NCBI GenBank assembly: GCA_900617105.1
Contig: UYFQ01000182.1
Location: 56,703-76,702, forward strand
Direction: 5' to 3'
Length of the DNA: 20,000 bases
DNA from: Hydrurus foetidus
Lineage: Eukaryota
In this document: positions 9,560 to 20,000 of the stretch, in pieces
Layout of the letters: each line of letters begins with the position of its first letter
Position numbering within the stretch: position 1 is the first letter of the stretch
Made by a program: the position numbers and the translations under genes
Notes under the pieces: generated by a model
The model's input: the letters and a program-made list of their open reading frames with translations, nothing else
What the model was told of the DNA's origin: nothing
The model's database searches: none

Positions 9560-10150
9560 CTGTGTTAAAAAATTGGGCAGCATTTAGATACTCAAGTTTA
9601 TTTGATATCAGATAAAGCACCCAAAAATCATGATCAAAATGCACATTTTCATGTACTTACTTTATCTGTACCGTACGAAAACGATAGAAATAACTTTTAG
9701 CGTACGATCACCTAAGTTATAAAATTGCGCGGCATTTAGGTACTCAAGTTAATCGGGTAAAATTAAATCGCGCATTGGTCATGATAAAAGTGCACGTTAA
9801 AATGCACTTAAATTTTATGTACCGTTTGAGAAAGATATGGCACAAAATGTGCTGTCCAGAGATCCCTGACACTACTTGTAGCACGGCACCACCTGTGTTT
9901 TAAATTTGGGCAGCATTTAGGTACTCAAGTTAATCGGGCAAATTTAAATCGCGCATTATTCAAGACAAAAGTGCATGTTATCATGCACTTGGTTCACGTG
10001 TACCGTTTGAGAACGATATGGCACAAAGTGCAACGTTTAAGAACGATATGGCACAGAATGTGCTGTCCAGAGTTCTATGAGACTGCTTCTAGGAGAGCAC
10101 CACCTGTGTTTTAAAATTGGGCGGCATTGAGGACCTTAAATCAATCGGGT
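9560..10150. repeat. Degenerate tandem array, ~3.3 units of 152/181/211 bp
   Basis: Anchor GGCRGCATTTAGRTACTCAAGTT recurs, with CATT at 9581, 9733, 9914 and 10125. Shared blocks TGTACCGT, GATATGGCACA and GCACCACCTGTGTTTTAAA. Confidence 0.85.
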
Positions 10151-10863
10151 GCAGTTCGATATCAGCAAAAACTTGAAAGAAAAAGTCGTCGAGAAAGATA
10201 TCCTTGATGACCATCTCACCGAAATTTCGTGACTTCCTGAACAAATTCTGCTGACCCCTGACGATTCGCGAAATAGCCTCTCGATATCTAACAGCCAAGA
10301 AGGATAAAAATGTAGCCAGGTCATGAGTATGCGACGTTATGACTAGAATGACATATCAAGCGTCCAAAAATTACTGCCAAACGCACGGCGGCACTGATAG
10401 AGGCTCCTTCTACCTGATTCCAATTGCTGAGACAACCAACAAAATCTTGGAGCGACAGCACCCTGATGAACAGTGATGTTAGGAGATTCCTTATTCTACT
10501 GTTGATTGCTATCACGGTGCTGGCAATATGCTGTAGATTGGACAGCCAATCACATACACCGTAACATTGAAAATCACCTAAATTTGAATTTTTGCAGCTA
10601 ATCCCCACGCACAGTACAGGCAAATGGTTAGATGTATATAGTATATGTTGCAATGCGATCTCCCGTAGTAATGAAGGCGACGAGTATCTCCGATATCTAG
10701 TGGCAATGGCAGCAGCTGACCCATTTTGTAGCCGTAGAGGTTGCGGGTTCGATGAAGCCAATTACTGTTAAGGTTTACCTCAGGTGGTGCGACGCTTGCT
10801 ATATATTTGAATTTTTGCACCGAAACACCATGCATAGAATTGTAAATATATGAATGTGTATGG

Positions 10864-11024
10864 TGCAGTATACAGCGTTGACACGGTAGTCAAAGCGTAG
10901 CATGTATGCCGAGCGGTCGTGGCAGCGGTGTCCCTATTTTACTTTGCAGTATACAGCGTTGACACGGTAGTAAGAGCGTAGCGTGTATGCCGAGCGGTTG
11001 TGGCAGCGGTGTCCCTATTTTACT
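10864..11024. repeat. Tandem duplication, 2 x 81 bp
   Basis: TGCAGTATACAGCGTTGACACGGTAGT...GTCCCTATTTTACT starts at 10864 and at 10945, with ~4 substitutions. Confidence 0.92.
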
Positions 11025-11449
11025 ACCACAGCGGTCGCGGGTTCGAATCAGCTCCGGTGGCCGGACGCCTAATATTATTCTCAGTAATTTTTTTTTCAGT
11101 TAATTAATTCCTGTACTTCTCTCTCACCACAAATTTTCAGTAATTAATTCGTATTTCAAATCATTCTCACGAAAACCATTCTCACGACATATTACGTTTA
11201 CGGTAGATTACTGTTTACTGTTTACTGTAGAAATGGAATAATAGTTCAGCATGAAGGACATGCGACAGCCAAGTCAAAGATGGCTCAGAGCGGGCTTCGG
11301 AAGTCGACTCTACCTGTTACATGCATATGCGCAACAGTCAAAACGATGGAATTGAGCTACAGAATGTCAATGGCGGCGAGTGGATAATGCCCCTTCAATC
11401 AAGATAGGGTACAGCAATGATTTTGGGTCAGTTTCATTGAGACGCCCCG

Positions 11450-14400
11450 ATGATCAACGTCAGTACCAGCAATGCCGGTATTATTGCCAAAAAAAGGAAA
11501 TCTATTTCGGTGAACAGCAAGAAAGTGACTACTGGCAGCAGTTCTGAAACAAAAAAGGAATTTTTTCAAACGTTCCAACCAACAAACACCTCTCATATTG
11601 CGAGCCTAACCTCTAAGATTGAAAAGGGAGAAGTTTATCCTATCTTAACGCAACTGTTTAATGAGGACGCCGACAATAGATTGTCGCTGCAAGGCCCTTA
11701 TCTACCACAATGGGCTGAACTTAACTCCGCAAGACATTACACTGGCAGCCAACTATTGAAGCCATTTCATTTCTACAGTGCCAGTGATCCTGTTGTAGGA
11801 GCAGTTAGAAATCCTGCAAAGGCTGCCCATGCAGGAAAAGTCCCGTTGACAGAGACCCAGAACGCTTTTATGCAACTGGATTCCGATGATGACGATGCCA
11901 ACGATTTCGAAGCAGCAGCTATCAGTAATTTTGGAGCTAGAAACCGATTTAGCGGCTTGGACTCCACCCTTATTTCTGCTGATATTGGAGAGGATTTAAC
12001 AAGTGCATCTAGAGGCAGCAGCAGCAGTCGAAAGGATTCTCGTCGTTCTTCTGGATTCCAGTATGATGATGAGGATATTGTGCTGATAGACAGAATTGGC
12101 AGCGACAACTTTAAGAGCAATGCGGTTAAGAAGTCCAGCAGTCGAAGTTCTGCTGCCTCAGATAAAATCACTGATCACGCGATGTGTCGCAAGAAGGGGT
12201 GTCGCGACACGGGATCTTGTGACACCGATTTCGAGGAGGACGAAAATCTTGAAGACACTCCACCCCGAAGACAAAAATCAGTGGGGACAGCGCATAATCG
12301 CGAAATAGATAGTGACGCTTCCTCTCGATATGGCGGGAGACTTATTCGAAGCGATCGGAAGGTTGATCGAGTATCGTCATCATGCAAAGGAGAGGAGGGG
12401 CCTAGGATCTTTGAATTCCAAGACAACAACAGCGGATGGGCGGAAAGCAACCTATCGCATCGTATAGGTTGTATAACTGATGATCAGCATACTCTAGAGA
12501 GTGGGATTAAGAAGTCCAGAACTTCTGCAGAAACGGAAAAAGAAAAAAATGCAGAAGTCGTGAGAGGAATAGGAAGCAGAGATGGGAGAAAGGAAAAGGA
12601 GGAGAAGGAGGCGATGGAGAGGATGGTGTGTGGACTTGCAGAGACTGCACTCTAGAGAATGCAGCGGAGGAAGAGCAGTGCAGCGCCTGCGGACAGCATC
12701 AATTGAAAAGCGCCGGCTCTAACAAGCCCTCCCTCTTCCTCCTGGATCACAGCCGTGACCTGGATCTTGCGCCAGATTCTGGAATCAAATCAGCTGCGGG
12801 CAAGACTAACGGAAAACACGCTAAGATTGGCAGAAGTGACGCTGAGGAGAAGAGCGGGTGTGAAGGAAGAGTCAGTTGGACAATAGTCAAGGAGAGAGTC
12901 GGCAATGCGAAGGCGAGGACCATGTGGGTGTGTGGGTGGTGCGAGGGGGAAACAGGAAACTGTGTCAGCTGCTTTAACACAGGTAATGCAGAGTGCAGTC
13001 TAATTGTGTGAACAGGATGATGAAGACAAAAGAACAGAGGGAGAGACAACTACTGGGAGATGGAGACGTGGTATCGCCAGCTGGCAACAAGCGGTGAGAT
13101 AGGATCAATGGCATCATCACGACAATAAATAAGTAATAGTAGTAGCTGCAGCAGTGGTGCGAGTGGCAGAGACAGTGGACTTCGAAATGTTCCTAACGTC
13201 AGAAAGACCGTGGACCCAGCAGATTCCATTCGGCCTCTCGCCGCTGAGGGCAGGGATGACAGATACAAGCAGAGTGACGATGATGTTGGTGCGGAGGGTG
13301 AGAGCAGCCTCAGTGATGGAGGAGGTGGAGGAGCAGTTGCAGATCAAGAGCAGAACGTCACACCTTTTCACGCCCATACTCACAGTGATAGTCATGACGT
13401 ACTTGGGAAGAAGAGAACATCGTCGCACATAGCTCAGGTAGCGGAACAAGGAGGGGATGGGAAACGTGTCTGTGATTCGCATGATCGGGGAGAAAGTGAA
13501 CTTAGAAGGAGGGAAGAAAAGAATGAGGGTAAGTCAGCAAAGCGAGGAGATGTCCAAGACGATGATAAGTATTTCGCCTTCGACATAGCTGATGAGGAGG
13601 AGGAGGAGGAAGAATGAAAATGGCAAAGGAGGACAAAGAGGAGGAGGAAGGGGCCAGTCAGGCGTGGCAGAATTATTTTTCGCAAAGAGAGCCCGTGCCA
13701 ATTAAATCCAAACGAACATCTAACAGCAGCACTAAATCAGAGGGGCGCAGCACCGTCTCTGACTCTGTCACCGCTGCCTCCAATCGAAGTCAAGCTAGAC
13801 GAAAAGATCGAGAGGGAGTGGGCAGGGGCAGGAATGAGAGGAGGGCACCGAGCGATGTCGTTGACTTCACCTACACTGATGAAGATGAAGAGGCTGAAAT
13901 ACTATTCCCCTCCTCCTCCTCCTCCTCCTCGTCGTCGTCTTCTTCTTCCTCTTCATCCTCTTCGATGGGCAGAAGAGACGCAGTTAGGGAACTCGATAAA
14001 GTGAAGAGGGTGTCTGGTCTGCTGGACCTGACAGGCTGCGGGTCAGACGAAGAGGGAGAGGAAGAGAAGGGGGAGGACAACGATATCATCGACAGTGACT
14101 CCTCTGGTGAGAACGTACGTGTACAGCGCAGTCGGTTGAGTCGACTGAGCTGCAAGAATGTCGGTATCAGGTCCACCATAAGTAGCAGCAGAGGAGATAG
14201 AGGAGATAGAGGAGGAGGGGGTGTGGGTGTGCTTGACGGCACGGAGGACATGTGGGAGGTAGACTCAGACCATGCATTTCGAAACAACAACAGTAGCAGT
14301 AACAGCAAGATCAAGGAAAGTGAGAGGGACAAGGGGGGGGAGAAAGCCAAAGAAATGGATAGAGGAAGGGATAGGGATAGAGATAGAGATAGAGATAGAG

Positions 14401-15576
14401 ATAGAGGGGGAAATCAATTTGACGACATAGAGGACAGTGATGGCAGCGAAGATTTCTTCTCGCTCTCCAGATCTGCGGTCAAGAAGGGAAGCAAAGCCGA
14501 CAAAGGTGACTGATGCATGCAATCTGATACGATGTGACGAGATGAAAGTTACTGATACCATTCATACAATGCGATGCCATGCAATCATATGTACTGCATG
14601 TCATCAGCCGTTGCCTGCCACACTCTAGGAACACGGTATGTTTGTGCCGTATCTGTGACGTGACGTGGCTGATCTCGAGTGGCAGGTGTTGCTCGGAAAC
14701 CATCAGTGATATCCATTCCTTTTTTGATGCCACTTAGTGCAGTCCAGTACTGAATATCTATTTACAATACTTCGAACTCCTCCTCCCCTCCCTTCCATCA
14801 TTGTGTGGCGCATACAGGAAGCAAAGGACGCCAAGGACAGAGTCAGGGACTAGGACAGGCGAGGATGCCGAACAGAGCAGAACCCACTCCTTCGCATCCT
14901 AACATCACTCCTCACTACTGGTACAGCACTGATATCCCTCTCTACCTTCTCTTACTCTACTCTACTCTACCCTGCTGCTGCGCACCTTATTCTATCACGG
15001 TCGATACATGTGGGCTAATCTATGCTGCACTTTTACATCCTACTCAGCCGTTACACACGATGAGAGACATGCGCTGCACTACTCTGTACTGTCCTCGACT
15101 GTCCTGCTTTTATTTTATCGATTGTACTTATCAGTACCGTTTACGCTCATCACCGCATCAAACACTAACACTTATCTGAGAGTGACACTAACTCAGTTGC
15201 TGTCTTGTCTTGTCTCAATTCATTTCAACTCATCTCTTGTCATTTCATCTGATCTGCAAGGTCTGTGAGGGACCTTCAAGGAAACAAAAACTGTGCGATC
15301 GACTTCAGCAGCTTCGAAATGGACAGCAAAAAGATAAACTACGATCAGTGGAACGCAGCCAGATTGCAGAAATTGAAGAAGCTCCAAGAGGTGCATTTCG
15401 ATGATGATAATAATGATGACAATAATGATGGTGACGGTGGTGTGCGAGGCAAGGCTAAGGGTAAAGGTCTGGGTAAGGAGGGTAAAGGAGGAGGGAGAGG
15501 CAGAGGTGCATCCCGAGGAAGAGCTAAGGGGGGAGGAGGGAGGTTTGGGGGTAGAGGGCGATGGGGTCGAAAATAA
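11450..15576 (+). CDS. Large low-complexity (S/D/E/R-rich) protein with a RanBP2-type zinc finger and RG-rich C-terminus; frameshifted in this assembly, exon structure only partly resolved
   Basis: Successive ORFs 11450-12655, 12628-13011, 13210-13617, 13614-14513 of similar composition. Likely donor AAG|GTGACT at 14506. Last coding exon ~15261-15576 ends GGRGRGASRGRAKGGGGRFGGRGRWGRK*. Confidence 0.6.
12631..12690 (+). other. RanBP2/NZF-type zinc finger motif
   Basis: WTCRDCTLENAAEEEQCSAC matches W-x-C-x2-C-x3-N-x6-C-x2-C exactly. Confidence 0.85.
13908..13963 (+). repeat. Coding (TCN)n poly-Ser tract
   Basis: tcc/tcg/tct triplets encoding a long Ser run. Confidence 0.85.
14359..14406 (+). 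repeat. Coding (GATAGR)n hexamer repeat encoding RD dipeptides
   Basis: gatagggatagagatagagatagagataga translates as DRDRDRDR. Confidence 0.85.
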
Positions 15577-16653
15577 GATCCCATGACATCCCATGACACC
15601 AGTTCTAGCAAATAGAATAGATTGGCGACGTCATCTTACTGTACATATCGATAGATGGATGACTCGCGTGTTTTGCTGTGCTATGCTGTACCGTACTGTA
15701 TTATACTGTTCGCACATCGGCACCGAAGTTGGTGAGGAAGTCCTCGTGACTGCGAAATACAAAATACAGAAAAACTGTTCACTTTTTTCTTTTATCTGGT
15801 TCGTACGGACTGAAAGGTGTATGAATGTTCCATGATGCGAAGCACGTAGCGAGTGATGTGCATTACACTCTGAAGTGCAGTCCGTCACCAGTAATTCGTC
15901 ATTAGCACAGCTGAATTCAGTCGAGCCGTCTCTGTCTCTGTGTGCGATCCTACCCTGCCCAATCATGGTGTATCACAACAGAGTGTCCATACGAGAAAAT
16001 GCTCAAAGTTTCGTGCCACTGAGCAGTCTGCTGACCTGACCGGCTGTCCCAAGGTTCCGTTCTGCTGTCGATATGACATGATACGGTACGATGCGATATG
16101 CTGATTCATCGTATCGGCAGACAGCTCGGTATGACTTGACCGTGAAGTGGCAGAGGGGCAGTCGGCTGAGAGGAAGAAAATGGCCTGTCATGCAGATGCA
16201 TGGCGTCCTGAATAAGTTTGTGTGTGCGACTGCGCTGCTTCTAGCACTGCAGCTGCTCAGGTCTGTCCGCACACAGATGACACGGTAGTCAGTGCAGTGT
16301 GGTGTTGTACATGGCACAGCACTTGCTCGTAGGGGGAAAGGAACCACCCTAACGAATATTGAATCGAATCAATTCAACTACTTCATTGTGGCTCAAGATG
16401 TAACCGGTAGATGTTCTTAGTGACAAAAAAATGGCTATGAAATGACTGTACAAGATATTCAAATGGTGACAAAAAACACGTAAAAAAGGTCTATACGCTG
16501 ACAGGAGAAGAGGGAGTTGCAAAGGAAAATGTCCTCTTCTTCTTCTTCTTCTAAAGATGTGGCTATCTCTTCTATCTCTCTTTTTCTCTGCATTCTGCTT
16601 CGTCTTTCACGCTGCTCGACAGGACAAGATACCACGGAAGAAGATCGTTTCTG

Positions 16654-19600
16654 TTAGCCGGAGACGTTGGCGAGAAGGTCTCTAGCTCTCGACCCTAGAC
16701 GTGACGCGAAGGCATCTTCACTGAGACCCAAGTGGAGTCTCACGTCATGTTCCTGTAAACAGAAGAGCGCAGTGCAGGAAAGGGGAAAGGAGAGAGATTC
16801 TTCAGTTGAATTGCTCATTAACTTCATCGGCCAACCGACTGACTGATTGATAGATAGACTGACACACACACGTACGCACGTACGAACCTTCAAGGCTGCT
16901 CTGCACTCCTTGTCCAGATCCTTCGAGAGTCGGTCCAAGTTCACTACACTGGCGATGCCGTGCAAAGCGCGAAAATACCCGACCTAGTCCAGAGAAAGGG
17001 AAGTAGGAGACATGAGAGATATTGGAGAGAATGGCATTGTCTGCCTCTGTCTCTGTGTCTCCCTCTGTCTCAACTGATACTGCATGAATGCTAGAATGAC
17101 ATGCTGCATCTCTCTCTCCTTAGCATGCGAACGGACACGAACATGACCACGTACTTAAACGCGCTCATCGTCCCTTACAATAGGCATAGGTGGGATTGCA
17201 TGAAAGGGACGAAGTGAAGAGTCTAATGTCTAATACGATAGAAGGAACAGAAGTGGAGACATACGTAGAAGTGACGTGACTTGGAGTAAAGGGAGTCCAT
17301 CATCCCCCCCTCCTTACCCCTTCCACTTCCCTTCCTTACTCAATTACTCCCTCCCTCGCTCCCACCCCCATCTTGACTCCCTCACCTGATTGGGTATGAA
17401 TCCCTGTTTGCTGTTGGGGTCACAGGCCTTAAGCAGCTGCTTGGTGACCAGCACGCGGTCTTCGTTGCTCAGTGCGGGATGCATCGCCACCATGCGACCC
17501 CAATTCTCAAACCAAGGCCCTAAGTAGCAGGGCATGGAGAGGGGGGAGGAGAAGAAGATGGCATGAATAAATATGTGAGAATAAGAGAGAGGGGGAGAGT
17601 TCGCGGCACTGCTGATATTCAACAACGGGTAGTGCAGGGGCGATCTCCATTGCTGCGCACTGCCCTCACGTACAGCACATTACTTACCCAGCGGTAGCAT
17701 GAGGTCGGGAGTCATTCTAAGGCACTTTGGCTCCCTCAGGGGGTAGTGTCTGTGCCCCTCCGCACTCAGCAGTTCCTTGTACACGATCTTGGCCCTCAGG
17801 AACTCCCCTCCAAACCTGTCATTGCGCTCATGCGCGAGACGGGAGAACTTCAACTTCTGTTTCTCAAACACAGAAATGCCATTAGCATCCATCTGCAAGA
17901 TAGAGTAGAGAGTCGATTTGATGATTGATGATTGGATTCAATTGCTTGCACTTCATAGGGGAATCAGTGCATAGGAAGAAATGCTCTTTAGGGTAACCCC
18001 ACTGTGGCCTTGGTTACTCGTCTTTCTTCTCATTCCAATACGTCGGATTATAATGACTTTGACATTAAGAAAAAAGAGAGAGAAGTGACTGTATCTTCGA
18101 CACTAGACTGTCTCTCCCTAAATTCTCACTACCTTTCAATCTATTTTTCTCCCTGCCCTTCTCCCTCTCCCTCTCCCTCTCTTTCGTCCTGTGTCTCACC
18201 TGCCAGTAGTTGAGCCCTTGATCCACGTCACCCACATTGTGCGTCAAAATGGCAGCCAGCTTGAGCAGCGCAGTATCTGAGGCCACACTGGGTCTGAGCC
18301 CTCTGACGTACTTGAAGGCAGCGGCCTCTCTGCTCAGCTCCCTGCTGATCAGCTCCTCCGCCTCGCTGGCTAGATCCTGTCTGCCCAGTCTGTGATGTGA
18401 TGTGATGTGATGTGGTGTTGTGCGATCAGATGAAGGCAAAGATGTGGTGACTTTTAAAGAGCTGACGATTCCATTTGTAATCCGGAGATTCTCCCAAAGT
18501 CCGCCTCGAATCGTTGTTTTAATCATCAGAATATCGCTTGATTGCATCCTCCTTCCCGATTCCTATTTTCACCACCTTGCAAACACATACACACAAACCC
18601 ACACGCACACACATATGCACCTGAGGAAAGCCCCCCATGCGCCCCCAAGCACACCTAGCCACTCTCCATCGTGACCGCTGATGGGGTACAGCTTGTCTAT
18701 CTCGTTGATGCGCATGTTGCGCTTGGAGACCGCGTCCACGTCCCAGTGCAGCGCGTTTTTCAGCACCTTGAACTGGGCCTCTATCACCCCAGGGCTGGGG
18801 TCCATCCAACAGTGACCCCTGATCTTGGAATCTAAAGGACGGAGAGATGGGCAGACAGATGGACGGGTGAATGGATGGTGAGGTACAGTGAAAGAAGGAC
18901 TGTCGAGTAGACGTAATGGAGTGTGATGAGAGCAGTGCGAGAGTTGAGAAGGCTCATCATAATAGGAAAGAAAAAGCGATCCCCATGGGATCACGTAGTT
19001 GAGATGGGATGGGGAGCTGTGCGAAGTGAAGTGAAGTCATTTCAAGTCGAGTTGAGTGAAGATGTGCTGCCACATATGATTGAGTTTAACCATACAGCTT
19101 GACACAGGCGATCGCTATTTCTTAAAACGTGTGTCCAGGGAAGTTCGAGAGATCCAAGTAGCTGAGAGCAGAGCAGGCATGGTGAGCTACTCATGAAATA
19201 ATTTGACTGACTCACACTTAAAATAATATAATATAATTCAGTTCAATCAATTCTAATCCAATCTAATCTAATATCATTGAACCCAATTATCCATTGGACG
19301 ATGAGCGTTGAGATTAAAATTCAAACGAGAACCTTAAAATGGATTCATGAGTAAGTCAATTAGAAGGCTCACTGTGCATTATGCATAGTGAGCCTTAGTA
19401 AATAGTAAACATAGACGCAGCGAGGTAAGTCTCAACAATGTTCACATGCCATCTGTTGCAACAGAATAAAAACAATTCACAACATGTCCGACATGTCCGA
19501 TATAGTTTTACCAAGTAAGGAGATTCTATGTGCAACTCAAGAGTACGCAACTTGACAGTTGTGTGTTGTTCTGGTGGCATGGTAATTCGAAGAGAAGAGA

Positions 19601-20000
19601 GATGAGAAGGGAAGAGAACTTACCGACATCGGTTGGCACGAAAGTGGCCACGGTGCAGAAGTGACTCGCCATGCACAGCGCGAAGTAGTCAATCCTCTGG
19701 TCTTCAGTTGGCGTATTTGTGTTCGGAATGTGATCGCTGTTCTTCAGAATTCTCAGCCAGCCAGAAGATCCCTCACTTTTCTCAACGGCACTCATCTCCG
19801 AAGCATCCAAAACAGAATTGATGGCGCTAGTGACGGATGCACTCGGGGCACTCGCACTCGTGAATTCCTCTGCTTCATCTCCCGAGTCATTGGAGTCCCT
19901 GTTCTCTGACGCGCTGAGTCTGTCCGCAGCTGACGTGTAGCTCGCAGCAAAGCTGTTCAAATCGTCGAAGTCGTCGTCCTCCTCGATGACGATCCGAAGC
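16654..20000 (-). CDS. Uncharacterised multi-exon protein, 5' end outside window; exons >20000-19624, 18831-18621, 18389-18200, 17892-17688, 17519-17386, 16983-16888, 16752-16654
   Basis: All six introns are GT-AG and the phases join (1,2,0,1,0,0) into one stop-free frame: ...YFALCMASHFCTVATFVPTDVDSKIRGHCW...ISGHDGEWLG...LTHNVGDVDQG...AEGHRHYPLREPKCLR...LPLGPWFENWG...VGYFRALHG...LLANVSG*. Confidence 0.9.

Larger units (their letters stand above)
8540..11203. mobile_element. Second TA-flanked TIR DNA element (Tc1/mariner type), 2664 bp, apparently non-autonomous or decayed
   Basis: 26-bp TIRs CCGTAAACGTAATATGTCATGAGAAT (8540-8565) and ATTCTCACGACATATTACGTTTACGG (11178-11203), 1 mismatch. TA at 8538-8539 and 11204-11205. 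AT-rich interior with repeated ATTCTCA and TAATTAATT subterminal motifs. No recognisable transposase ORF. Confidence 0.85.

Noticed and set aside
9560..10150. CRISPR-like repeat-spacer array
   Set aside because: The whole units are homologous, with no unique spacers, no cas genes and a eukaryotic context.
10980..11065. Functional tRNA gene
   Set aside because: A/B boxes are present, but acceptor, anticodon and T stems do not form.
15593..16650. Short ORFs between the convergent genes
   Set aside because: No motifs or splice support; pentamer- and CT-rich UTR/intergenic composition.

Overview
Eukaryotic genomic DNA, probably a stramenopile or other protist (inferred from the diatom-CoDi-like copia and microsatellite-rich GT-AG introns). 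About 10.9 kb of the first 11.2 kb is stacked transposable elements. (1) A pogo-like Tc1/mariner DNA transposon at 275-8492 has perfect 48-bp TIRs, TA flanks and an intact DD39D transposase (413-2395). (2) Nested in it is a very young Ty1/copia LTR retrotransposon (2841-8439) with identical 316-bp LTRs and a CTCCC TSD that directly abuts the right TIR. (3) A second, apparently non-autonomous, TA-flanked TIR element (8540-11203) carries tandem repeats and a Pol III-like A/B-box unit. Two convergent host genes follow: a low-complexity RanBP2-zinc-finger gene with an RG-rich tail (+, ~11450-15576) and an uncharacterised gene with at least 7 exons (-, 16654 to >20000). The main finding is that the copia has no tRNA primer-binding site. 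Instead, the 13 nt immediately after the 5' LTR are the perfect reverse complement of a sequence inside the LTR, in the register expected for Tf1-type self-primed reverse transcription.
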